The notes under the pieces are model-generated. The model saw only the letters and a program-made list of their open reading frames with translations. It was not told the DNA's origin and ran no database searches. Positions 26,362 to 33,519 of a stretch of 33,519 bases of DNA are shown here, one piece after another. Location of the stretch: the NCBI GenBank assembly GCA_945874585.1, contig CAMCHB010000002.1:1-33519 (forward strand), in the 5' to 3' direction. The translations under genes and the position numbers were made by a program. Source of the DNA: an uncultured Clostridium sp. GTDB taxonomy: Bacteria > Bacillota > Clostridia > TANB77 > CAG-508. The stretch's first letter is position 1; each line of letters begins with the position of its first letter.

Positions 26362-29300
26362 ATGGAAGAGTTAGAAGTTTTTGATAAAATAAAAATAGGA
26401 TTAGCTTCCGACGAAAAAATTAGAGAATGGTCAAAAGGGGAAGTAAAAAAACCAGAGACAATCAATTATAGAACATTAAAGCCAGAAAAAGATGGATTAT
26501 TTTGTGAAAAAATCTTTGGTCCAACCAAAGATTGGGAATGCCATTGCGGAAAATATAAAAGAGTTAGATATAAGGGTATTGTCTGTGATCGATGCGGTGT
26601 TGAAGTAACCAAATCAAAAGTAAGAAGAGAAAGAATGGGACATATCGAATTAGCAGCTCCAGTAGCTCATATTTGGTATTTTAAAGGAATTCCAAGTAGA
26701 ATTGCTTTGATGCTTGATATTTCTCCAAGAAGCTTGGAAAAAGTTATTTATTTTGCAGCTTATATTGTAACAGACAAAGGAACATCAGGATTGACAAAAT
26801 GTCAAATACTAACAGAAAAAGAATATCATGAGGCTGAAGAAAAATATGGCAAGGGTTCTTTTAAAGCACAAATGGGTGCAGAAGCACTTGAAAAATTATT
26901 GGCAGAAATCGATGTAGAAGAATTATCTAAGAAAATTAAAAAAGAACTTGCAAAAGCAAGTGAACAGAAAAAAGTAAAATTGATCAAACGTTTAGATACC
27001 GTTGAATCTTTCCGTTTATCTGGCAATAAGCCACAATGGATGATTATGAACGTGGTACCAGTTATTCCACCAGAATTAAGACCAATGGTACAATTAGATG
27101 GTGGAAGATTTGCAACATCTGATTTAAACGATTTATATCGTCGTGTTATCAACCGTAACAATCGTTTAAAAAGATTATTGGAATTAGGCGCTCCAGAAAT
27201 TATTGTTCGTAACGAAAAGAGAATGTTACAAGAATCAGTAGATGCCCTAATTGATAATAGTAGACGTGGTAGACCAGTAACAGGTGCTGGAAATAGACCA
27301 CTAAAATCATTATCTGATATGCTAAAAGGAAAACAAGGTCGTTTCAGACAAAACCTTTTAGGAAAGAGAGTTGACTATTCAGGACGTTCTGTTATCGTTG
27401 TTGGACCAGAACTTAAGATTTATCAATGCGGTGTGCCAAAGGAAATGGCTATTGAATTATTCAAACCATTTGTTATGAAAGAATTAGTCGGCAGAGGTAT
27501 TGCACATAATATCAAAAATGCGAAAAGAATGGTTGAAAAATTAAGACCAGAAGTATGGGATATTTTGGAAGATGTTATCAAAGATCATCCAGTTATGTTA
27601 AACCGTGCACCTACTTTGCACAGATTAGGTATTCAAGCATTTGAACCTGTTCTAGTAGAAGGTAGAGCAATCAAATTGCATCCATTGGTATGTACAGCAT
27701 TTAACGCTGACTTTGATGGTGACCAGATGGCAATTCACGTTCCATTATCACCAGAAGCACAAGCAGAAGCTAGATTTTTAATGCTTTCAGTTAACAACTT
27801 ATTAAAACCACAAGATGGTAAACCAGTTACAGTACCAACCCAGGATATGATTTTAGGTAGTTATTATCTAACCATGCAAATTGATGGCGAAAAAGGCGAA
27901 GGTATGTACTTTAGCAGTGTAGATGAAGCTTTAATGGCTTATCAAAATCATGATGTTGGTTTACATGCCAAAGTAAAAATTAGAATGTATAAAACCTTAC
28001 CAGATGGAACACAAAAACATGGAACCATTGAAACAACTGTTGGTAGAGTTATTTACAACCAAGGAATTCCACAGGATATTGGATTTGTAGATCGTTCTGA
28101 TCCAGCCAATGAATTTGCTTTGGAAATTGATTTCCCAGTTATCAAGAAGAATTTGGGAACCATTATTGCAAAATGTATCAATACTCATGGTTTATCTGAA
28201 ACAGCAGAAGTATTGGATTATATCAAAGCAACAGGTTATAAATATTCAACCATCGGTGCTATCACCGTGAGTGTTGCCGATGTTGCAGTACCAAAAGCTA
28301 AAAAAGATATTATTGCACAAGCTGAGAAAGATAAGGAAGAAGTATTAAAACAATATAGAAGAGGTTTGATTACAGAAAACGAAAGATATGAAGCTGTTAT
28401 TAAGATTTGGGAAGATGTAACCAACAAAGTTACCGAGGCTATGAAAGATAACTTTGATGAATTAAACCCAATTTACATGATGGCTCAATCTGGAGCAAGA
28501 GGTAACATGAACCAGTTAAGACAGATTGCAGGTATGCGTGGTTTGATGGCTAATACATCTGGTAAAGCCGTTGAAATCCCAATTACATCATGCTTTAGAG
28601 AGGGTCTTGATGTACTAGAATACTTTATTTCATCACATGGTGCTCGTAAAGGTCTTGCTGATACTGCTTTAAGAACAGCCGATTCAGGTTACTTAACCAG
28701 AAGATTGGTTGATGTTAGCCAAGATATCATTGTACGTGAAGAAGATTGTGGTACAACCGATGGTATTGATATTATGGATATCAAAGATGGTAACCAAATT
28801 ATCGAACCATTACATGAAAGACTAATTGGTCGTTATTTAGTAGAAGATTTGAAGGATAAAGACGGAAATGTTGTAGCAAGCAAAGATGTTATGATCAATG
28901 ATGCTATTGCTACCAAAATTGTGGATGCTGGCTTTACAAAAGTAAGAGTACGTTCAAGCTTAGCTTGTCGTTCTAAACATGGTGTATGCTGCAAGTGCTA
29001 TGGTATGAGCTTAGCCAGAAGAGAAGAAGTTAAAATTGGTGAAGCAGTTGGTATTGTTGCTGCTCAATCAATTGGTGAACCAGGTACACAGCTAACCATG
29101 AGAACATTCCATACAGGTGGTGTTGCTGGAGGCGATATCACACAAGGTCTTCCTAGAGTTGAAGAATTGTTCGAAGCTAGAAAGCCAAAGGGATTAGCTG
29201 TTATTACAGAGATTGCTGGTAAAGTAAGCATCACAGATGACAAGAAGAGAAAAGAAGTAACGGTTACTGGAAAAGATGATAGCAAAACTTATACCATTAG

Positions 29301-29949
29301 TTTTGGTTCAAAACTAAAAGTAAAAGAAGGAGATATGCTAGAAGCTGGTGATCCTATTACAGAAGGATCTATCAATCCTAATGATATCCTTGCTATCAAA
29401 GGCCCAGAAGGCGTTTACGAATATCTAATTGCCGAAGTACAAAAAGTATACCGTAACCAAGGTGTTGATATCAACGATAAACACATCGAAGTAATTGGTA
29501 GACAAATGCTTAAGAAGGTAAGAGTAGAAGATAGTGGAGACAGCAAAATGTTCCCAGGATCTTTGGTAGATATGTATGAATTTGAAGATGAAAACAAAGA
29601 ATTAGTAGCAGAAGGTAAAAAACCTGCTATTGGTAAGAGAATTTTACTTGGTATCACAAAGGCATCTTTATCTACAGAAAGCTTCTTATCTGCAGCATCA
29701 TTCCAGGAAACAACTAGAGTATTAACCGATGCTGCTATCAAAGGTAAAGTTGATCCATTATTAGGATTAAAAGAGAATGTTATTATTGGTAAGTTGATTC
29801 CAGCCGGAACAGGAATGAGTCAATACAAAAATCTTCACATTAGTACAGAAGATTTAGTACAAGACGAAATTCAAAATAAAACAGAGGAAACTCATCATGA
29901 GGGAGAGGTAGAGGAGCCTACTGTTGCAACCGAATCAAAGCCGGAATAA
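26362..29949 (+). CDS. rpoC: DNA-directed RNA polymerase subunit beta'
   Basis: Zn-binding [23 protein letters not shown], catalytic [10 protein letters not shown], and the trigger-loop/bridge regions are conserved. 1195 aa. Confidence 0.97.
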   Translation: MEELEVFDKIKIGLASDEKIREWSKGEVKKPETINYRTLKPEKDGLFCEKIFGPTKDWECHCGKYKRVRYKGIVCDRCGVEVTKSKVRRERMGHIELAAPVAHIWYFKGIPSRIALMLDISPRSLEKVIYFAAYIVTDKGTSGLTKCQILTEKEYHEAEEKYGKGSFKAQMGAEALEKLLAEIDVEELSKKIKKELAKASEQKKVKLIKRLDTVESFRLSGNKPQWMIMNVVPVIPPELRPMVQLDGGRFATSDLNDLYRRVINRNNRLKRLLELGAPEIIVRNEKRMLQESVDALIDNSRRGRPVTGAGNRPLKSLSDMLKGKQGRFRQNLLGKRVDYSGRSVIVVGPELKIYQCGVPKEMAIELFKPFVMKELVGRGIAHNIKNAKRMVEKLRPEVWDILEDVIKDHPVMLNRAPTLHRLGIQAFEPVLVEGRAIKLHPLVCTAFNADFDGDQMAIHVPLSPEAQAEARFLMLSVNNLLKPQDGKPVTVPTQDMILGSYYLTMQIDGEKGEGMYFSSVDEALMAYQNHDVGLHAKVKIRMYKTLPDGTQKHGTIETTVGRVIYNQGIPQDIGFVDRSDPANEFALEIDFPVIKKNLGTIIAKCINTHGLSETAEVLDYIKATGYKYSTIGAITVSVADVAVPKAKKDIIAQAEKDKEEVLKQYRRGLITENERYEAVIKIWEDVTNKVTEAMKDNFDELNPIYMMAQSGARGNMNQLRQIAGMRGLMANTSGKAVEIPITSCFREGLDVLEYFISSHGARKGLADTALRTADSGYLTRRLVDVSQDIIVREEDCGTTDGIDIMDIKDGNQIIEPLHERLIGRYLVEDLKDKDGNVVASKDVMINDAIATKIVDAGFTKVRVRSSLACRSKHGVCCKCYGMSLARREEVKIGEAVGIVAAQSIGEPGTQLTMRTFHTGGVAGGDITQGLPRVEELFEARKPKGLAVITEIAGKVSITDDKKRKEVTVTGKDDSKTYTISFGSKLKVKEGDMLEAGDPITEGSINPNDILAIKGPEGVYEYLIAEVQKVYRNQGVDINDKHIEVIGRQMLKKVRVEDSGDSKMFPGSLVDMYEFEDENKELVAEGKKPAIGKRILLGITKASLSTESFLSAASFQETTRVLTDAAIKGKVDPLLGLKENVIIGKLIPAGTGMSQYKNLHISTEDLVQDEIQNKTEETHHEGEVEEPTVATESKPE

Positions 29950-30003
29950 TATAGGAAGTAGGCTAATTTATCTACTTCACAAAAGATTCATCATATATCA
30001 ATC

Positions 30004-30031
30004 AAAAGCTAGAGAGAAATCTCTAGCTTTT
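30004..30031 (+). terminator. Intrinsic terminator after rpoC
   Basis: AAAAGCTAGAGA-GAAA-TCTCTAGCTTTT forms a 12-bp stem with a GAAA tetraloop. Confidence 0.8.
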
Positions 30032-30049
30032 CGATATCCCTTCAAAGAC

Positions 30050-30078
30050 TTGAAATTTACATAAATTAGTGGTAAAAT
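30050..30078 (+). promoter_or_regulatory. Extended -10 promoter of trmB-gdpP
   Basis: TTGAAA (30050-30055), 17-nt spacer, TGgTAAAAT (-10 at 30073-30078). Confidence 0.65.
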
Positions 30079-30106
30079 ACATCTATTGAGTAAATGAGGA
30101 GTTATT

Positions 30107-30763
30107 ATGAGAATCAGAAGTAAGCCTTGGGCAAAAGAGGAATTAAGAGCATGTGGGTATTTTGAAGAAAGTCCGGAAGCATATAAAGGAAAATGGAAAG
30201 AAGCTTTTCAAAATGACAACCCTATTGCATTAGAATTAGGATGCGGAAAGGGGCTATTTGTTGGGCAAATTGCCAAATTACATCCGGAAATGAATTATAT
30301 AGCAATTGATATCAAATTGGATATTTTAGGGGTAGCTAAAAGAAACATTGAAACGATTTTTGAAGGAAAGCCAGTTTCCAATATTCGATTGGTGCAAAGA
30401 AATATTGAGCAAATCAATGAGATACTAGCACCAGAGGATGGAATTGATCAGGTCTATATAAATTTTTGCAATCCATGGCCACGAGGCAAACATCAAAAAA
30501 GACGCTTGACACATACAAGATTATTGTTAAAATATAAAGAGTTCTTAAAGCCAGGAAGTAAAATATATTTTAAAACAGATGATGATGCATTGTATCATTC
30601 TAGTTTTCGTTACTTTGATGAAGCAGGGTATCACATCATAAAAGCAACAGAGGATTTGCATAAGCAACCAATTTTTGAAGAAAATATAATGACAGAACAT
30701 GAGAAAATGTATACAGAAGAAGGAATAAAAATAAAAGGAATTTTAGCAGAAGTAGAAGAGTAA
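30107..30763 (+). CDS. trmB: tRNA (guanine-N7)-methyltransferase
   Basis: SAM motif LELGCGKG, plus IAIDIK and the C-terminal NFCNPWPRGKHQKRRL motif typical of TrmB. GAGGAG SD. Confidence 0.9.
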   Translation: MRIRSKPWAKEELRACGYFEESPEAYKGKWKEAFQNDNPIALELGCGKGLFVGQIAKLHPEMNYIAIDIKLDILGVAKRNIETIFEGKPVSNIRLVQRNIEQINEILAPEDGIDQVYINFCNPWPRGKHQKRRLTHTRLLLKYKEFLKPGSKIYFKTDDDALYHSSFRYFDEAGYHIIKATEDLHKQPIFEENIMTEHEKMYTEEGIKIKGILAEVEE

Positions 30764-30786
30764 AAGGAGAAATGAAGGGGAAGGTT

Positions 30787-32784
30787 ATGCCAATCAATAA
30801 GAAAATTCTAGAAAAAATCACTTCAAAAACAAAAATTTATTTGGTGATTATTTTTATCTTGCTAATACTAATATGCTTATATGATAAAATTTGGATTCTG
30901 CCAGCTAGTTTGTTTTACATCTTGCTTGTTGCCTATACATTTTGGACCAATGGAAAGAAAAAACACGAATTTTTTAAGCATTTACAAGAAATCACATTAG
31001 ATGTGGATTCAGCTGCTAAAAATACACTCATCAATTCACCATTTCCATTAGTTGTGCTTGAAACGGATGGAAACATCATATGGAAAAATCAAAAATTTGT
31101 TAAAGAATTCATCAATGTGGATATTCACACTTGTTTGGATGAAATTATCAAAGAAGTCAGACAAGATATTATTCATCATCACGAAAATAAGGCAATTGAA
31201 AAAGAAATCGAAATTGGTGAAAAAAATTATAAAATAATTGGAGAATATGTTAAGAGTAAAAAAGATCATGACCAACAAAAATATGTTATGAATTTGTATT
31301 TTTTAGATAACACAAAAAACATTGAAATTCAGCAAAAATACAAAGATTCTAGAACCTGTATTGGAATCATTATGATTGATAATTATGAAGAAGTGATGCA
31401 ACGTATTTCAACTGAAGCAACACCTCAGGTAATTGCAACTGTGGAACAAGAAATTTATAATTGGGTTAATCCAACGGGTGGATTGGTCATCAAAAAAGAT
31501 CGTGATACTTTTATCTATGTTTTTGAAAAGAAGTATTTAAAAGGATTAAAACAGGAAAAATTTCATATTTTAGATACGATTAAACAAATCAATATGGAAG
31601 GTAAAATGCCAATTACACTAAGTATTGCGATAACAGATGAAGGAGAAACCTATGATGATAAATATCAATCTGCTTTATCTGCTATTGATATTGCTTTAGG
31701 AAGAGGTGGTGACCAAGCAGTTGTGCGTGAAGATGGGGCTTATCATTTTTTCGGAGGACGAGCACAAGAGGTCGAAAAGAGAACCAAGGTAAAAGCAAGA
31801 ATGATTGCTCATGCATTAGAAGAACTTATGTTAGAATCAAAAGACGTGATGATTATGGGACATATGAATGGTGATATTGATTCCATGGGGTCTAGTTTGG
31901 GCTTGTATCGTTTGGCAAAAAGCTTGGGAAAAGACGTGCACATTGTTAGCCAAACAGCAGATATTACGCTTTCTAATTTTATTGATATGTTAAAAGAGAG
32001 TGAAGAATACAGGGAAGCTATTATTGATAAAAATGAGGCGATTGGACGTATCAGTCCAGAGACTTTGTTGATTATTGTGGATACACATCGCAAAAATTAT
32101 GTGGAAGTTCCAAGTTTGCTAAAAGAAACAGAAAAAATTGTGATTATCGATCATCATCGTAAAAGTACAGAATTTATCGAGTCACCAATTTTAATGTTTC
32201 ATGAAGTATATGCTTCTTCAACAGCTGAATTGGTAATTGAAATTTTACAATATGCTAAACAAAATGTACAATTGACGGATCAAGAAATTGAAGCACTATA
32301 TGGTGGTATTATGGTGGATACCAAAGACTTTACTTTTAAAACAGGTGTGAGAACATTTGAAGCAGCAGCATATCTTAGAAAATTAGGCGTTGATATCATC
32401 AAAGTAAAGAAATGGTTTCAAGTGGATTTGGCCAATTACAATATCATTTCTGATATTGTCAAGAAGGCAGAAATTATCAATGATACAATTGCCATTGCAG
32501 TGTATGATAAAGTCGATAAGAATGCAGGTATTATTTGTGCAAAAACAGCCGATGAACTGATTACCATTAGTGATATTACAGCTTCTTTTGTGATTGGAAA
32601 TGTAGGAGATAAAATTTGCATCAGTGGCCGTTCCATTGGAGATATCAATGTACAAGTCGTGCTAGAGAAATTAGGCGGAGGCGGTCATATTACGGTAGCA
32701 GGAGCTCAACTAGATGAACTAACACTAGATGAAGCAAAACAATTGGTAATTGACAAAGTAAATGAATATTTAAAAGAGGATTAA
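30787..32784 (+). CDS. gdpP: Cyclic-di-AMP phosphodiesterase GdpP (2 TM + PAS-like + degenerate GGDEF + DHH/DHHA1)
   Basis: Two N-terminal TM helices, a degenerate GGDEF region (..LGRGGDQAVV), DHH motif (MGHMNGDIDSMGS..DTHR..IDHH) and DHHA1 GGGGH. The start is ambiguous: ATG 30787 (GGGGAAGG upstream) or ATG 30772, where the SD is only 2 nt away. Confidence 0.9.
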   Translation: MPINKKILEKITSKTKIYLVIIFILLILICLYDKIWILPASLFYILLVAYTFWTNGKKKHEFFKHLQEITLDVDSAAKNTLINSPFPLVVLETDGNIIWKNQKFVKEFINVDIHTCLDEIIKEVRQDIIHHHENKAIEKEIEIGEKNYKIIGEYVKSKKDHDQQKYVMNLYFLDNTKNIEIQQKYKDSRTCIGIIMIDNYEEVMQRISTEATPQVIATVEQEIYNWVNPTGGLVIKKDRDTFIYVFEKKYLKGLKQEKFHILDTIKQINMEGKMPITLSIAITDEGETYDDKYQSALSAIDIALGRGGDQAVVREDGAYHFFGGRAQEVEKRTKVKARMIAHALEELMLESKDVMIMGHMNGDIDSMGSSLGLYRLAKSLGKDVHIVSQTADITLSNFIDMLKESEEYREAIIDKNEAIGRISPETLLIIVDTHRKNYVEVPSLLKETEKIVIIDHHRKSTEFIESPILMFHEVYASSTAELVIEILQYAKQNVQLTDQEIEALYGGIMVDTKDFTFKTGVRTFEAAAYLRKLGVDIIKVKKWFQVDLANYNIISDIVKKAEIINDTIAIAVYDKVDKNAGIICAKTADELITISDITASFVIGNVGDKICISGRSIGDINVQVVLEKLGGGGHITVAGAQLDELTLDEAKQLVIDKVNEYLKED

Positions 32785-32829
32785 AGAAAAAGACATGTAG
32801 TTTTAGACTAAGGGCTGTAAAAAATGTTA

Positions 32830-32858
32830 TTGACAACGAGAGAACTGCGTAGTAAAAT
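32830..32858 (+). promoter_or_regulatory. Near-consensus sigma-A promoter of a predicted small RNA
   Basis: TTGACA (32830-32835), exactly 17 nt, TAAAAT (32853-32858), 46 nt after the gdpP stop. No SD-spaced ORF follows. Confidence 0.65.
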
Positions 32859-32864
32859 AAAAAT

Positions 32865-32955
32865 AGGAAATGGGAGCCACAGAAATGTGTGTTACCTTAA
32901 ATGAATAAATAACACCACATAGCTTGGCCAAGCATAATGTGGTGTGTTTCTTTTA
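32865..32955 (+). ncRNA. Predicted ~90-nt small RNA, 3'-antisense to the convergent peptide mRNA (candidate type I antitoxin)
   Basis: Runs from the predicted TSS (~7 nt after the -10) to the U-tract after hairpin 32912-32945. The only internal ATG has an SD-like AGGA immediately adjacent, which is non-functional spacing. Boundaries are predictions, not measurements. Confidence 0.45.
32912..32945. terminator. Bidirectional intrinsic terminator shared by the small RNA (+) and the peptide mRNA (-)
   Basis: ACACCACAT / ATGTGGTGT 9-bp stem plus an inner GCTT/AAGC stem. GTTTCTTTT follows on the plus strand and TTATTTATTCATTT follows on the minus strand. Confidence 0.75.
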
Positions 32956-33063
32956 TTGACTTAAAATAATAACCAAAGTTATAATTAAGGCAATTGCTAT
33001 GATAGTAATACCAATTATTCCGAAAAATAATAGGTATAACAATTGAATGAATAATAATTCCAT
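32953..33063 (-). CDS. 36-aa all-hydrophobic membrane peptide (candidate type I toxin); below ORF-track length cutoff
   Basis: Hand translation gives ATG 33063-33061 ... TAA 32955-32953: MELLFIQLLYLLFFGIIGITIIAIALIITLVIILSQ. SD GGAGG (33075-33071) with a 7-nt spacer. The ORF has its own promoter and terminator. Confidence 0.6.
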   Translation of the reverse strand: MELLFIQLLYLLFFGIIGITIIAIALIITLVIILSQ

Positions 33064-33148
33064 AGCACCACCTCCATTCTCACAGTTAGAACTGTGTATG
33101 TAAAGTGGTAACACGCACATCTGCTTATTCTCATTTCCTATGTTTCAT

Positions 33149-33177
33149 ACTATATAACATAATTTGGAAAAAAGCAA
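33149..33177 (-). promoter_or_regulatory. Sigma-A-type promoter of the peptide mRNA
   Basis: Minus strand reads TTGCTT (33177-33172), 17-nt spacer, TATAGT (33154-33149). This predicts a 5' UTR of about 80 nt. Confidence 0.5.
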
Positions 33178-33273
33178 GAAAAACCAAACAAGTTTTTGAT
33201 ATTTTTTAGTGATTGATAAGAAAACTGGCGATTATTGCAAGAAAAATACATTGTCATAAGGAGAGTATAATAC

Positions 33274-33302
33274 TTGACAAACAATGACAAAACCTGTAAA
33301 AT
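33274..33302 (+). promoter_or_regulatory. Near-consensus promoter of the radical-SAM gene, overlapped by TGACAA repeats
   Basis: TTGACA (33274-33279), 17-nt spacer, TAAAAT (33297-33302). TGACAAAC (33275-33282) and TGACAAAAC (33285-33293) are direct repeats 10 nt apart, and TTGTCA (33251-33256) is an inverted copy. Confidence 0.65.
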
Positions 33303-33356
33303 GTAAATATAATGTTTAAAAAATTTTTTTCTTAAATAATTTTAGGAGGAATCTTT

Positions 33357-33519
33357 ATGAAAGAGCGTGAACTTAGATTACTATTAACTCAAAAATGTAA
33401 CTTTAAATGTGGCTTTTGCCATAAGGAAGGAGTAATTGAAACTAAAAAAGAAATACTAAATGCATCAGATTATGTTTGGGTATATGATCTTCTAAAAAAA
33501 TGGTATGGATGGAACACAA
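33357..33519 (+). CDS. Radical SAM enzyme, MoaA-like N-terminus (3'-truncated by window edge)
   Basis: AGGAGG SD 7 nt before ATG 33357. MKERELRLLLTQKCNFKCGFCHKEG carries the CxxxCxxC 4Fe-4S/SAM motif in a MoaA-like context (compare LRISVTDRCNxRCxYC). Only 54 codons are visible. Confidence 0.7.
   Translation, partial: MKERELRLLLTQKCNFKCGFCHKEGVIETKKEILNASDYVWVYDLLKKWYGWNT

Noticed and set aside
32863-32905. Micro-ORF MGATEMCVTLNE in the predicted small RNA, and a 39-aa ORF starting at the homologous ATG in the peptide mRNA leader
   Set aside because: The SD-like AGGA abuts the ATG, which is non-functional spacing. The two products are not similar despite the DNA similarity, so the conserved element is more likely RNA.
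1-33519. Scan for tRNA/rRNA genes, CRISPR repeats, IS elements, integrases, phage genes or known multi-gene defence systems
   Set aside because: Every intergenic region is under about 350 nt and AT-rich. None shows GC-rich cloverleaf stems, regularly spaced direct repeats, or ORFs with transposase, integrase, RT or nuclease signatures. The UvrD-like helicase sits in an xth-permease operon with no defence-type partner.

Overview
AT-rich (about one-third G+C by eye) chromosomal core segment of a Bacillota/Firmicutes-type genome. All product calls come from reading motifs in the supplied translations; no searches were run. Gene order: smc (5'-truncated, broken by an in-frame TAG) | SH3b-NlpC/P60 hydrolase | comEC | BofC-like gene (apparently frameshifted) | <pgsA <clpE | DUF348-G5-3D wall protein | comM-dprA-yraN | xth - AI-2E permease - UvrD-like helicase | <DUF421/YetF-like | tlyA | DUF11 repeat protein | rpoB-rpoC | trmB - gdpP | small unannotated locus | start of a radical-SAM gene. 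Many sigma-A-type promoters and intrinsic terminators can be read directly. I saw no tRNA, rRNA, CRISPR array, transposase, integrase or recognisable multi-gene defence island. The best candidate for something undescribed is the gdpP / radical-SAM intergenic region (32.8-33.2 kb). It holds a 36-aa all-hydrophobic peptide gene, below the ORF-track cutoff, with a sequestered SD. A convergent promoter-to-terminator small RNA shares its bidirectional terminator, which is type I toxin-antitoxin-like architecture, and an imperfect 34-nt inverted repeat brackets the locus. Other points worth a second look: the amber-split smc, the frameshifted BofC-like gene, and rpoBC displaced from its usual ribosomal-protein context with a promoter plus terminator-like hairpin in its long leader. 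Also a CIRCE-like palindrome serving as the smc terminator, a ClpE-type ATPase with no visible CtsR operator, and phased TGACAA repeats over the radical-SAM promoter.
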